Source: the human T2T-CHM13v2.0 reference genome, Homo sapiens. Taken from it: a stretch of DNA of 64,000 bases. Positions 45,804 to 63,897 of the stretch are shown here, one piece after another. How positions within the stretch are numbered: the stretch's first letter is position 1; each line of letters starts with the position of its first letter. The stretch lies in the NCBI RefSeq assembly GCF_009914755.1, contig NC_060931.1. One strand, given 5' to 3'. The notes under the pieces are model-generated. The model made no database searches, had not been told where the DNA came from, and saw nothing but the letters and a program-made list of their open reading frames with translations. Both the position numbers and the translations under genes were made by a program.

Positions 45804-47353
45804 CTCTCCCTCTCCCTCTCCCTTTCCCTCCCCCTCCCCCTCTCCCCTCTCCCCTCTCCCCTCTCCCCTCTCCCTCTTTCCACGGTCTCCCTCTGGTGCC
45901 GAGCCCAAGCTGGACTGTACTGCTGCCATCTGTGCTCGCTGCAGCCTCCCTGCCTGATTCTCCTGCCTCGACCTGCCGAGTGCCTGCTATTGCAGGCGCG
46001 CGCCTCCATGCCTGACTGGTTTTCGTGTTTTTTTGGTGGAGACGGGGTTTCGCTGTGTTGGCCGGGCTGGTCTCCAGCTCCTAAACGGGAGTGATCTGCC
46101 AGCCTCGGCCTCCCGAGGTGCCGGGATTGCAGACGGAGTCTAGTTCACTCAGTGCTCAATGTTGCCCAGGCTGGAGTGCAGTGGCGTGATCTCGGCTCGC
46201 TACAACCTCCACCTCCCAGCCGCCTGCCTTGGCCTCCCAAAGTGCCGAGATTGCAGCCTCTGCCCGGCCGCCACCCCCTCTGGGAGGTGAGGGGCGTCTC
46301 TGCCTGGCCGCCCATTGTCTGGGATGTGGGGAGCCCCTCTGCCCGGCTGCCCGGTCTGGGAAGTGAGGAGCGTCTCTGCCCGGCCGCCATCCCATCTAGG
46401 AAGTGAGGAGCGCCTCTGCCTGGCAGCCCATCGTCTGAGACGTGGGGAGTGCCTCTGCCCCGCCGCCCCGTCTGGGATGTGAGGAGCGCCTCTGCCTGGC
46501 CGCAACCCCGTCTGGGAGGTGAGGAGCGTCTCTGCCCGGCCGCCCCGTCTGAGAAGTGAGGAGCCCCTCCGCCCGGCAGCCGCCCCGTCTGAGAAGTGAG
46601 GAGCCCCTCCAACTGGCAGCCACCCCGTCTGGGAGGTGAGGAGCGTCTCCGCCCGGCAGCCGCCCCGTCCGGGAGGGAGGTGGGGAGTCAGCCCCCGCCC
46701 GGCCAGCCGCCCCGTCCTGGAGGGAGGTGGGGGCGCCTCCGCCCGGCCACCGCCCCGTCCCGGAGGTGGGGGACGCCTCTGCCCAGCCGCCCCTTCTGGG
46801 AAGTGAGGAGCCCCTCTGCCCGGCCGCCACCTCATCTGGGAGGTGTACCCAACAGCTCATTGAGAACGGGCCATGATGACGATGGCGGTTTTGTCTAATA
46901 GAAAAGGGGGAAATGTGGGGAAAAGACAGAGAAATCAGATTGTTGCTGTGTCTGTGTAGAAAGAAGTAGACATAGGAGACTCCATTCTGTTCTGTACTAA
47001 GAAAAATTCTTCTGCCTTGGGATGCTGTTGATCTATGACCTTACCCCCAACCCGGTGCTCTCTGAAACATGTGCTGTGTCCACTCAGGGTTAAATGGATT
47101 AAGGGCGGTGCAAGATGTGCTTTGTTAAACAGATGCTTGAAGGCAGCATGCTCGTTAAGAGTCATCACCACTCCCTAATCTCAAGTACCCAGGGACACAA
47201 ACACTGCGGAAGGCCCCAGGGTCCTCTGCCTAGGAAAACCAGAGACCTTTGTTCACTTGGTTTTCTGCTGACCTTCCCTCCACTATTGTCCTATGACCCT
47301 GCCAAATCCCCCTCTGTGAGAAACACCCAAGAATGATCAATAAAAAAAAAAAA
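45804..47353 (+). mobile_element. Full-length SVA (B/C-like)
   Basis: (CCCTCT)n about 45804-45880, Alu-like domain to about 46250, GC-rich VNTR to about 46845, SINE-R, AATAAA 47339-47344, poly(A); TSD AACTGGAGAAGGCTC 45792-45806 / 47358-47372. Confidence 0.97.
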
Positions 47354-47409
47354 TAGTAACTGGAGAAGGCTCAGTTGGAGTTGTTGAGGAGGTATAAACA
47401 ACACTTTTA

Positions 47410-47728
47410 AATTTAATTTAATTTTATTTTATTTTATTATTTTTTGAGACAGGGTCTTGCTCTGTCACCCAGGCTGGAGAGCAGTGGTGTGATCTCAGCT
47501 CACTACAGCCTTGACTTCCTGGGATCAAGCCATCCTTCCACCTCAGCCTCCCAAGCAGTCAAGACTACAGGCACACACCACCATGCCCAGTTAATTTTTT
47601 AATTTTCTGTAGAGACCAGGGTTTTGCCATGTTGCCCAGATTGGTCTTGAACTCCTGGACTCAAGGGATCTACTTGCCTCAGCCTCCCAAAGTGCTGGGA
47701 TCACAGGTGAGAGCCACCGCACCTGGCC
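47410..47728 (-). mobile_element. AluJ
   Basis: Diverged antisense dimer. Confidence 0.9.
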
Positions 47729-48211
47729 TGCTTTTATTTTTGAATAGTAGACTTCTTTTCTCTCTTTGGCTACTTTATCAAAACTTCAAAGGAGTTCCCA
47801 CTTCTTTTGATAGTCACAGCAACCTGATTCATGGAGAAAACAAAAAAGATTAAGGGAGATGAAGTGGTGGTTATGGGAAGGGGCACATGTGAATAAACTT
47901 ATTGAGTAACCCCACTTCTTAGGACAAAATCATCCAAAACACATATTCTTTTCCTTATGTACCATTCTTTACTATGCTAATAAATACATACATAAATAAA
48001 TAAATGTGTTGTCAACTACTTTCTCTAATCTGCGTCTTGAATAGTTTTTCCAAGACTGATACATTTGAACTCATATCTTTCCCAATACTCCATGTGTCAC
48101 AGAACCTGTATTTGTATCATGGCTGGCCAGAGGGGATTTGTAGTCTACAGCTGAAGAATGGAGTAAAGATTACAGGTAAATTAAATGAGGTCAAGTAAAG
48201 CCCCTATGTTA

Positions 48212-48664
<453 letters not shown>

Positions 48665-49799
48665 TCAGATCTGGCCTTACATAGGGTGCTTGGGGATTGT
48701 GGTCGTTGGATTAACAGCTGCTGGCAGTAGATAGATGCAACTTCCTTCCATTAACATCTGAAAGGCTAGACCTGGGCTCACTTGACACAAACATTTCCCA
48801 GTAACATAGAGGTTTTTGGATCACCCCAGGTCTTCCACAGCCAGCCCCCAGATCTTGGGTGCATCTGTGGGCAGTGGAGCCCCGTGCTTGGAAATGTACT
48901 GCTCTAGGGGATGTGAGCATGTCAGCATCGAAGACATCATTGCTGTGAGAGCAGAAGCTGGAATGGAGACCAGTTCAGATGGCTCCTGGTTTTTCCTACT
49001 TGTATTTTTCCTTCCTGGGCCTATCACATCCAGAAGTGAGCCTTACTCCAGCTGATGACTGTAATGAAATGTAACTATGCAGGAAAACTTGCCATTTCAT
49101 CATTCCACTCTGGAATCTTTCCATGAGGCCCCATGGACTGGGATGTTTGACTTTTTCACCTTTCAAATCACTTCCCCCACTCTAAAACCCCAACCTCTCC
49201 AGTATGGGTAGGGCAGTATGGTGGGTGTGGACCAAATGAACTTTAACATGGGTGAGGTCCATGTCTAGAAGCTTAGTATTACTCACTTAAATGATGTTAA
49301 ACTGGAATTAGGGCTGGGAAAATTGAAAGGTGAGGATGAGGAGGAGAGAGTATAAGGATGCATCTTTATACTCAAGAAAACAGAGGCATAGTCGTGAGTT
49401 TTTGCACTGGACGTCAATAAGGTCGGTTTATAGAGAGCATTCACTGATGCTCTAAGTGCCAGTCATTCAATAACTATTTATTGGGCACTGACTTAGGGTC
49501 AGACTGTTCTATGTACTAGGGAATAAAACAGATGGAACTTTCAAGTTTACATTCTAGTGAGGGGCGCCGATGAAGCATAAATAAGTTATGAACAGAGTAA
49601 AGTGATTCAGACTGGAGAAAGAGAAACTCAAGCTGACATCTGCCTGTTAAGAAGGAGCCATTTATGTGAAGTGCTGGTAAATAGTATTCCAGGAAGACAG
49701 AAGAGCAAGCGAAGGCCCTGGACTAATAGAAAGCCAGGTGGTCTTCAGCAACAGGAAAGGGCCAGTGAACTGGAAACTTTTACACCTGAGACTCTGTTT

Positions 49800-50640
<841 letters not shown>

Positions 50641-50744
50641 TGAGACTCGGGTTTACATTGTTAGACTCAGTAGTCTCATTTAACTCTTGCAATGAATGCA
50701 TGGAATTGAAACACAGGTGAATCATGTTTTAAAAAAACAAAGTG

Positions 50745-50860
50745 GGGCCGGGAATGGTGGTTCACGCCTATAATCCCAGCACTTTGGGGGGTCGAGGCGG
50801 AAGGATTGCTTGAGGTCAGGACCAGTCTGGACAATATATTGAGACCCTGTCTCTACCAAA
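50745..50860 (+). mobile_element. FLAM_C/Alu left monomer
   Basis: GGCCGGGAATGGTGG..GAGACCCTGTCTCTAC. Confidence 0.85.
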
Positions 50861-51569
50861 GTAGATAAATAAGTGACTTGAGTGTATGTTCCCCATCACT
50901 AAGATTTATAGTTTACATAGTTCTTTGACTTATTTTGTTAGTTGACTTAGTATTTCTATGCATTTCTATATATTGACTGGGTATAATTATAAAGAATATT
51001 CATTAAGTCTAGGGATTGCATTTTGAAATCATTGTAATTATTTTCTTTCTTCAAGTGTTCAAGGTAAAGCATATAATTAAAAAATAAACATTTAAAAAAT
51101 TGCCTAATGTGGAGAAGTGCCAGGAATATCTTGGTCTCTAAACTGACCCAGAGCACATCACTCAAGCTCAGCCAGAATACTCCAGTGTAAGAGGGTAAGA
51201 GTATGGCTCTTACTGTAAGGAAACCGAAAAAAAAAAAAAAAAAAGAAACGTGAGTTATATTCATGTGACTGTGCTTGTATCTACAAAACTGTGACTGAGT
51301 TGAGAAAATACGCTGTTAGCCATGTTTTCCCCAAAATCATTGCACTGTGTTTTGACATTGGGGCTGAAATTTTCATAAGCCCCACTCTACCCCACACCCA
51401 GGATGATGAGGAACAGAGATGCCCATTTCACCATTCACGTATGGGTGGTTTTCCAAGGCGCTCCTCAAGAAGCCTTGGACATTTAAGTCTACATCTGATA
51501 TTTATCTAATGAATAATGTGGTTTACATAAGGAACCAAGTGATTTACTCCCTAGCTCCCCAAAAATGCT

Positions 51570-51893
51570 TTTTCTTTTCTTTTTTTCTTTCTTTTTTTTT
51601 TTTTTTTTTTTTTTTTTTGAGACAGAGTCTCACTCTATTACCCAGGCTGGAGTGCAGTGGCAGGTCTCGGCCCACTGCAACCTCCTGCTCCTGGACTCAA
51701 GCAATCGTTCCATCTCAGCTTCCTGAGTAGCTGGGATTACAGATGCATGCCATTACACCCGGCTAACTTTTGTATTTTTTGTAGAGACGGGGTTTTGCCA
51801 TCCTGCTGGTCTTGGACTCCTGAGCTCAAGTGATCCACCCACCTCGGCCTCCCAAAGTGCTGGGATTACAGGCATGAGCCACTGCGCCCAGCC
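51570..51893 (-). mobile_element. AluJb-like
   Basis: Long poly(T) followed by a dimer. Confidence 0.9.
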
Positions 51894-53998
51894 TAAAAAA
51901 TACTTTTTGAAATCTCAGCTAGATTCATTGGCTAACAAGGTAATTCTGTCAGAACTGAAGCTATTAAGGCAGGGAAGATTCTACTCACTTTTTAAATCCT
52001 AGTTTAAATTTTTAAAAAATCCTTTAAAATTCATAAGTTCTAAATCTGCATAGAAACATATACAGATATAGCTATCCAAAGCATTCTCACTTTAAACTTT
52101 TGTGAGACCTCACAAAGAAATTATAGAGTTTTCTAGACTCAAAATCACGAAACGTCTGGCATCCTTTGCTGTCAAGAACCGTACAAGAATCACCCTCACT
52201 TATTGAGATGCTGTTATCTGTTCCAACCAAGGAATTCCAGACGTTAACAAACGCAGAGAAGGACCTGGGAAGCAGAGGCAGCTGAGGTGGGGCTCACTGA
52301 GAAGATGTCTTAGGGTTTGGGGGTGTTCCTACCCTTGCACTCATCAACCATGTACCCCCGAACATCACCTCTTCCTGAACTAGGGGACCGGAGGTCATTT
52401 TACAGAGATTGCTGTAATGGTTCATTCTGTGGGCAGGTGTGATTGGGCAGGTAGGGGAGAGATGGTGAATTGGAAAGACATGTTGAACTGAGTCTGAATT
52501 AGTTTCTTTCTTTTGCCCCTGATGAAGATGGAAATGGGTTTCCTCTTTGCCTTTTCACACAAGTGCTGCAGACAACGTCTGTGATTGCACCAACTCCTGG
52601 TGCCTCACCCAGAGCATCGCCTCCCCAGATGTTATTCATCCTTGTGTTTTCTCCTGGCCTGAAAGGAGACAGCTTTGACTCTCCAGGAGATGGGAAACTA
52701 GTTTTCTACTAAATTCCCATTCTAGCCTACAAATTCCTATCAGAACAACAGCCCCCCACTAACTGGATTGTTGTTACGCCTCCACTTTACTCTGTGACAC
52801 CTGCAGACATCTCTATATTGTACTTTTTCCCAATGAATTAAGATCACAAGAGGATATATGCTTTTCACAATTTGCCTCTGTGTCTTAGTGCAGTGTACAT
52901 ACTATTGTGAAAATATAGATGTAGCTGGGTGTTTGTGTTGGCTCTAAACAAACCAGTTCTTGCAATCCTGGCCAGTTTCCACCTGTGTCTACATATCCCT
53001 CAAATATAAGAACAATGCATAGCCCAAAATCAGCCTGTGTGATAGATGCAATCTGGGGAAGGTGAAGTTAACTTATGACGCAAAAAGGCAGAATGGAAAG
53101 CCATGGTTGGCAAGATGATGACAAAAGCTAAATAAATGTCCTTGACCTAGAACTACAGAGAAGATGTTCTCTGGGAAGACTTGTGAGTGCACATCTCAAA
53201 TTTCGAAACTCTGATCTTCCTTGCCAACCCCTACCCCACCTCTATTCCCCTCCAAAGCCCTAAATATAAATCGCTATGTCTTCTTTCACAAAATAAAGAC
53301 CAAACTCCTCGTCAGGCACAGAATATACAAGGCTTTTCTTTGGTCTAGACTCTCTACCTTTCCAGCTTCCTCTTCAGTTATCTCCCTCTCATAATCCATG
53401 CTCCAGTCAAAGTGAGTTATTGTCCTCATCCTCCATTATGCTGTGTCTTACCCCCAACACCCCCAGGTCATGTTCCCTCTCCACTAGACCCTTTCCTCCC
53501 TGCTTCACGTGGTGGAGAGTCTTTGGCACGTGTTGACTCATGTCCTCTGGATCCTCTCCAAATGTGTGAGGACATTCCTCACTTGTGAGCCTTGTTGGGA
53601 GACAGTGCTTGTCTTCCTTTACAGAAGTTGAAAAGACCCAGCACTCAATCTGCCGCTACCTTGGCAGATAAGATGTGGGGAGATAGCCGTGGCTTGGTCC
53701 ATCAGCTGCACCTATTAGCAATATTGAATCTGGAAGTAATGATACAAACAAGCAGGGCAAGGAAGACTCCCTTTGGCCGTGGTGGTTGGCAGGAGTGAGG
53801 GGGGCAGCAGCATGTGATTTCCAGCAGCCAGTCTGTGATGCCACACCACCAATGGCATCCTCACCTCACTGGCACCACTTTCCCAAATCTTGTTCTCCAA
53901 GTTTCCTAGAAATTGTATGATCATCTGATAGTCTCTCTATACATTCTCTGCTTAAAATGGCCAGTCTGTTTCTGTCACTTGCAATGAAGACTCTGACT

Positions 53999-54245
53999 GG
54001 CTGGGCACAGTGGCTCATGCCTGTAATCCCAGCACCTTTGGAAGGCCAAGGTGGAAGGATCCCTTGAGGCCAGGAATTCAAGATCAGCCTGGACAACATA
54101 GCAGACCCCATCTCTACCAAAAAACAGCTGGGCATGATGGTGCATGCCTGTAGTCAAAGCTACTAGGGAGGCTGAGGCAGGAGGATCACTTGAGCCCAGG
54201 AGTTTGAGGCTGCAGAACAAGACCCTGTTTCTTAACAAAAAGAAA
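53999..54245 (+). mobile_element. AluJ with 3' deletion
   Basis: GGAGGATCACTTGAGCCCAGGAGTTTGAGGCTGCAG. Confidence 0.88.
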
Positions 54246-56399
54246 GCCTTTGATATACCTGGCCAGTTTCTATTTGTCTTTTGAGACTCCTCTCAGTGAC
54301 TATTTTCTTGGAAAGCAGTGCTCATCCCTGCCCCACTCCTAGCCAGTGTTTCTCCTATAGACTCCCATAAAAGTCTGGTCCATTCTGGCTCAGCGTTTAT
54401 GCTGACATTAATAGCATTAGTCATATTATTAATGCTGACATTAATCACAGCATTTATTAACACTGTGTCAGGACCTGCCACTAACTCACTTGTCCCCCTT
54501 CTGGGCTGTAAGTTCTTGAGGACACAGACTAGGTTTTGCCCCTCTCTATCCCTAGAACCCAGAACAGTATGTTAACATGGCATGCAGTAATAGCATTACA
54601 GCAACAGTACTAATACCAGTAATAACAATAACTTTTATTGAGCACCTATTATGTGCCAAGGTGCAGAAAAAAATGCTTATTTGATAAATAATGTACACTG
54701 AAAATTGCTCACCGAATATTTTTGAATACTTTCATACTCACAGAGTATTTTTGTATTTTGAATACAGGCAACCCTGAGGAAAAATTGGTACATCCCACTT
54801 CACCAATTAATTCCCTTTTCATTTTCTCTCTCTTTTCTCCTTCTGGATATGTCTCTTGTGTTCCGCTCTTGCCCTCAAATAGATGTTATTTAATACCTAG
54901 AAAGATGAATAGCAGTGGCTACAGTGTTAGTTGCTAGTGACTGCGCTTGCCTTTCAGAAGAAGCTTCTTATAGTGTGAAAAGTTTTCAGAAGGAATGAGG
55001 TCTTTATTGTGGAATGCCTTACAGTAGGCCATACTTGTTTTTATAGCTTGGGTGCAGGAGCTGGAAATAGAGGGAGAATGCCTATGTACAAGTGTGCGAA
55101 GGAGAGGGAGAAGCTGCTCTCACCCCACTCCTGACTTCTTGTCTGCTCTCTTCTCAGCAAAGTCCTCTTCTGGGGTCTTCCTAGGCCTCACAAAGCTGCT
55201 CCCCAGGCCTTGGCCAACCACCTTCCCTGGAGCAGGCTCTCGGTGAGAAAACCTCATGGAGAGAAGAGGCCAGGAGTCCATGGCCACTCCTGTTTACTTT
55301 CCCATTCCCATCCTGCATGTTCCTGCCTCCTGCCTGAGTGAACACAGATTGACATGCCCTCTGTGAATGGCTGCAGACCCTTGTTCCAGTTCAGCTCTGT
55401 CCAGCACCTGTCATATGTATTACCTGAAAGAAAAACCTGAGATCAGCAGAAGATCCTCAGAGCAGACAAAAATTTTTCTTAAAAACAACAAGACAAGTGA
55501 AAAACAGGACAAGGGTGGGGACAGGACAACAGCAGGCTGCACCCAGAGAGTGCACCCAGGTCATCGGCTGTTCTTCATTTCTGACTTCCTGCTGGCTGTC
55601 CTGTGAGGTTGAGGTTACGTGGTTAGAGAAAGCCGGTTACTTGTTTCAAAACAAACAAAGTCCTCAAATCCTTTGAACAGCTAAAGGAATAGAGCACTCC
55701 TTGAATATGTATTCTTTCATATCCTCTGAACAGATCTTTATTTACAAGGAAGGCTGGTCTTGGCTGGAAAAATGGTAGTCAGATGTAGATCAAAATGATA
55801 ATCTCAGAACACAGCACCAAGTGTCTTTTGCATGGGCCATGGGACTTAATGTCTTGATAGAACAGAGGATGTCAAGGAGAAAAAACTGAAGGCCACAAGA
55901 AAATGTGAATTTTTTAAATAGTTTACTCTGGTTGGAGGTTTGCCATATTCCTGACTCAACTTTATAATGTTTCCCATTTCTAAGCCAAATGGCTCAGAAG
56001 TGTGGCTGGGGTGTGACCTTGACCAGGTACAACCATGGCAATGAGTCTCTATTCTTTTTACTTTGGAATCCAACCAACACGTTAAAGCTCTTTGAATGTG
56101 GGTGTCATATGAGTCAGTGCATGTGTGCTGACTGCCTGCTGTCCTCATAACACAAAGTGGAGTGGGGGCTATGGAGGCTACTGGATTATTTCCGTCAGTG
56201 TATACAGCAAAACTAAATTAATCCCCAAGTTTAGGCTTTTTGACCTCGAGTATCAAGACTAGTTTACTTGCATTGTGCAAATTAGTCACCAACCTACTTT
56301 GTATTATAGAGAGTTTTAAACTTTTGTGTATTTCTCCAGATTTGCATCAATGAGATTTTTGAAGTCAGCTTTTAAAATAAATACTAAAATGTAACTGCT

Positions 56400-57530
<1,131 letters not shown>

Positions 57531-57589
57531 ACTTAACAAATTTAACATTCAGTAAAATTTACCCGATAAATGAACGAATGATTAGGTAA

Positions 57590-57860
57590 CCACATGCATG
57601 ACTCTCAACTACATAGTGTAAAATTCCACCTACATGGCATTCTGGAAAAGACAAAACCATAGGGATAAAAAATAGATCAGTAGTTACCAGAAACTGGGTT
57701 TGGGATGTTAAGGGCTGACTATAAAGGGACATAAGGGAACTTTTTTGGATGATGGAACCCTTCTATATTTTGTTTCTGATGGCAGTTTCGTGTTAAAAAT
57801 CATAGAATCGGTTGGCTAAACAGGATAAATTGTGTGTACGCAAGTTATACCTCAACAGAC
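57590..57860 (+). mobile_element. L1MC/MD 3' fragment
   Basis: CATTCTGGAAAAGACAAAACCATAGGGA..AGATCAGTAGTTACCAG. Confidence 0.75.
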
Positions 57861-58689
57861 TGGATTTTATTTAATTGCCTGACAGATCTTTCACTTACCC
57901 TGGAATAAGCACCGAATGGTTTGTAGAAACGCTCTCATATTGGCCCTTTGTGAACAATCTCCATGTACACATATTCTGAGTGCAGAAACCCTGGGAGCAG
58001 CATGGTGGAGTAGAAAAGTATGAGCTGGGCATTAGACGGGCTGGGCTTTGAGTTTTGGCTTTGTTGCTTGTGTACTTCAGTTAGGATTTCTTAGTTGCAA
58101 GCAGCCCAAAACAGCTCTGGCCAGCCTCACCATGCCTTGGCTATGATAAAAGCCATAAAGAGGAATGGCACCGCTCCTTGATGCTTGTTGGCAGCAAGTA
58201 CCTGGAATTATGCTCCCACCAAGACTGCATGCATGGGAGGGATGGGATTCCCCCAGAGAAAACCAGGGTGCTCTTAGGATGCTAGGCAGCCCAAACCAAC
58301 AAACATCTAATGTATTGTGTGACCTTACATAACCTCTCTGAATCTCAGTTTCCTCATATTTAATACCTACCTCTTAGAGTTTTAAGAATTTAACAAGATA
58401 ACTATGTAGAAGGCCTAGAACGTAATGTTGCTTTATAAATGTTATTTCTCTTTTCTTCTTCCTTTTGGTCTACATGTCTGAAACGTCTACCTCTAAGCAC
58501 TCCTAAATTCAGTTAAAAGCTTAGTAATTTATCTACCTCTCCAAGCTAGAAGTCAGGAGTGAGTGTCAGTCGATTTTCTCATTGTTTTCACCTCCTAAAT
58601 AAAGCATATACATCTCTCCTGGACTATTACATAAGTTTTACAACTGATCCACCTGCCTCTCCTCTCTGACTCTCTCTGCCGCTCTCCCT

Positions 58690-58940
58690 GAGGCAGTATA
58701 ATATAATGACAAAGTGCATGGACCCTGGAGCCAAACCAACTGCCTCTAAATCTTGGCTTTGCTCCTTAACTACCGTACAACCTCAATCAAGTTGCACAAT
58801 CTTAGTGTGCCTGTTTCGTCATGTGTAAATTGGGGATAATATTCCTACCTCAAAGCGTTGTTCGGGGATCAAGTGATTTACTATACGTAGGCACTTAGAA
58901 CAGTGCTTCGGTAATGGCAAGCGCTATCCATGCGTTTGTT
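58690..58940 (+). mobile_element. MIR
   Basis: GTGCATGGACCCTGGAGCCA..TGTAAATTGGGGATAAT. Confidence 0.75.
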
Positions 58941-60019
58941 CAGTAAATCCACCTTTTTACTGCTTCCAGAATGACCTTGCTAAAATGTAAATGTGAACCT
59001 TCCTCATAGAGAAGCCATGTCCTCCTGTCTAACCCCTTTTACTTTTTCCAGCAGCCTTCTCCAACTACCTGCCTCAAGTTGGCACTGGGTCCTTATCTGT
59101 GCACTTTGTGCTAAACCCTTTTATTGCACCCGGCTCACTGTGTTGTGACTATTTCTATCAGTTTTCTTCACTATCTGTGAATTCTTGGAAACATAGATAC
59201 GTATCTGATTTATCTATGTATGGCCAGCACCTATCTATCCAAAGGAAGTGTTTAGTAAATGACTGCTCATTGAATAAAATGAGCAAAATGGTTGATACTG
59301 TCCACTGAGCAAAAGACAAGCTATTGATTTCAAATATAGTTTTACTTAAAATTGGAGGGCTGGTATTTCTGTGACTACTCCTTTTACTAACTCGCCATAA
59401 AAATCCAAAGCCATAATACTAAAGGTTACCATTGTGGTGACATAAAAATAGAATCTAAAGTACTAGCACAGGTGTGGCACTGTCTGGCTAGCTCCATGCA
59501 GAGGGATGGAGCATATGGAATTGAGCCAAGAGGATGATTCTCGTGGACCTTGAAATTTGATTATGATTTCAATCGGATTTTATTTGGCACTGAAGAGCAG
59601 AGAGTTCCAGGCTGTATTGCTTAGCAGGTCCTGAAATGTAGAAATTCTGTTATTAATTGAAAATAGACTCATCTGGTTTAAATTCCAGGCATGCCAGTGG
59701 GTAAAGTTTTTACCTTGTTGTGAAATATAGAGACCTGAATTCTTGCCTAGATCTGGAGTCTTCTCACATCATACAGAGGGCACAACAGGAAGCCAGAGGC
59801 AAGGCTGGTGTTTTATAAAGAGGATCTCTGGAATTGGCTCAAATGTCTGAGCAAGTTCTCAGCTGGAGGCCCAGAGTTCAGCATCACCGAGCGTGGGAGA
59901 GATGGCGCTGGCCAAGACCACTGAGGGCCATGAAAGTACTTTGATAAGGGAGGAGGGGGTAATGTTTGCTTTGGGGAATAACTGCGTCCTGTAGACCCGA
60001 AATAAGTTGGTTGCCTAAT

Positions 60020-60205
60020 GCAGCTCCAAACAGTTTGAATTTATTAATATTGCATCGCCTGCAGAGTCTGAAAAAATATCAATATCCAGGTGCCAGCTCA
60101 GACAATTTGACTGAAAAAATCTCTGCGGGTTGGGCCCAGGCATCGATATTTTTTTAGAAACCTCTTTAGGTGATTTTAATGTGCATACGGGACTGAGAAC
60201 CTTTG
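60020..60205. mobile_element. MER5A-like hAT element
   Basis: GGGCCCAGGCATC..AGGTGATTTTAATGTGCA..TGAGAACC. Confidence 0.75.
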
Positions 60206-60899
60206 GTGAGGAGGGAAGGAAGAAGGCCCTTTCCTATTTGTTGTGGCAGGGGTGTATCTATCCAGTTTATCAAAAAGCTCTGTCAGGTACTTAGACTAAC
60301 ATAAGAGAGGAGAACTCTGGAACCCCCTACCTCCATTTTATATATTAGGATTGAAATTCAATCTGTCCAGAGTTCATTATTGCTACTCTGATACTAGCAG
60401 GGCTGTGGTAAAACTCACCAGACGTAGCAATTGTCTGGGATCAATATCAGGATCACGCACCTCAGCTCACAGAAAGTTCCTGCTGATAAAATCAAAAGTT
60501 GATAACAGATCAATACATACTGGAGGGGAAAAAAGTCTAAAATTACTCATATTTTCTCTAATGAAACAGAGGATAGCATAAATTAAAAATAGAATAACCT
60601 TTATTCAAGATGTTCAATGCATGCAAGAAACCTGCAATTTAATAATAGAGTTTTAAAGGGATAGCCAACACTCCAATAACGTGTTTACAATAATTACCAT
60701 ACACTCCAATAGTCTATATAATATACATAACATATGTATATAATCTGAAGTTAAGGTAGAAAGTTGTCATTTTGGAAATGATTTGTTGAACAGAAGAGCA
60801 GTTGGGTTTAGAGAGAAGACCAGCATGTGATGTTCATAGACCTCTCATAAGCCCTGAATCCATGATTTTGAGTTTACCTTGAAGGTGTTTCTTCCTTTA

Positions 60900-61184
<285 letters not shown>

Positions 61185-62039
61185 TTACTACTACTACTAA
61201 TATATTCAACACTAGGTTGTAATGAGATAATGTATGTGGAAGTGCTTTGGAAACGAAAAAGTACTATGCTAATGTTAATTATTATTTTAATTCATCATGA
61301 GGGACTAACACTAGCTTCCCTCTGTTAATTACTCTAGCTTCCTAAGAATTGAAGTCTATAATCCATAAGGGGATACATAAAGGGACATTTATTAACTTAA
61401 TAAATTAACTAGTATGTTTTTTTTGAAAATAAGTAACACATGGCTGATGGCAAAGAAAGTTAAATAACATGAGAGAATATTTATTAAAATGTAGATTTCC
61501 CTTCCAGTCTCCATCTTCTTCCTTGAGAAACAATCATTAACAGGTCATGAGTATACTGAAATTTTCTATACATATATATAAATACAACTTTTACGTTATA
61601 GGAATAGGAACACAATCTACTACACTTCTTCACCTTGCTGTTTTCATCTAGTAGCATGGTTTGGTGGCCATCAGATTAGCAGAGTCTTCCCAGAGTGCTT
61701 TAATAACATAGCACCAAATAGTGCCTAGGATGGACAAGACCAATGCAAGTGTCTTCCCAGCAGTAAGTGGTGGTGGTGCCCTCTGCTTTCTTCTCTCCCC
61801 TCCATCTTTCTAGTTCAGTCTCCATTACCATCAGTCTAGATTCTTGCCATAGTCTCATAATTGGTCTCCTATATTTTATTTTAATTCAGCAATATCTATG
61901 GAATATTTACTGTGTGCCAGGGACGGTGCTAGGCTCTGGGGTTGGAAGTGTTGATCACAAGATAGATTTGCCACCCACACAAAGTTTGCAGTCTCCTGGG
62001 GTGGAGGTGGGGGTGGGGTGCAGAGAAGTAAGCAGGTAT

Positions 62040-63610
<1,571 letters not shown>

Positions 63611-63897
63611 TTTCCTCCCTGTATCTCAGTGCGCAGCCCATGTTGACATGTCTTCTATATCTCTTCAAAAGTCTTAACTGTCAATGTTAAAGTTGAATAT
63701 GGTATTAATGAGAATCCTGTCATTTAGAAAATGCCTTCGAGTTACTTAGCAGGATGGTGACACACAAAGTTTCAGAGTGAAATACAGAGCTTTCCTGAAA
63801 TATGGTATATTTGCCATTGTAAAGTTTCCTTATGCTGATTCCCCAATTCACGGTAGCAATGCTACCAATATGCTCATCTGAAATGATAGGATAAGTT

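Noticed and set aside
46250-46845. Repeat array superficially like CRISPR or a CpG island
   Set aside because: SVA VNTR: tandem degenerate units without unique spacers, in primate DNA with no cas genes
45636-47336. Many overlapping GC-rich ORFs up to 211 aa
   Set aside because: By-products of the SVA hexamer, VNTR and SINE-R sequence
59890-59912. CTCF-like AGATGGCGCTG
   Set aside because: Only the right half of the motif matches
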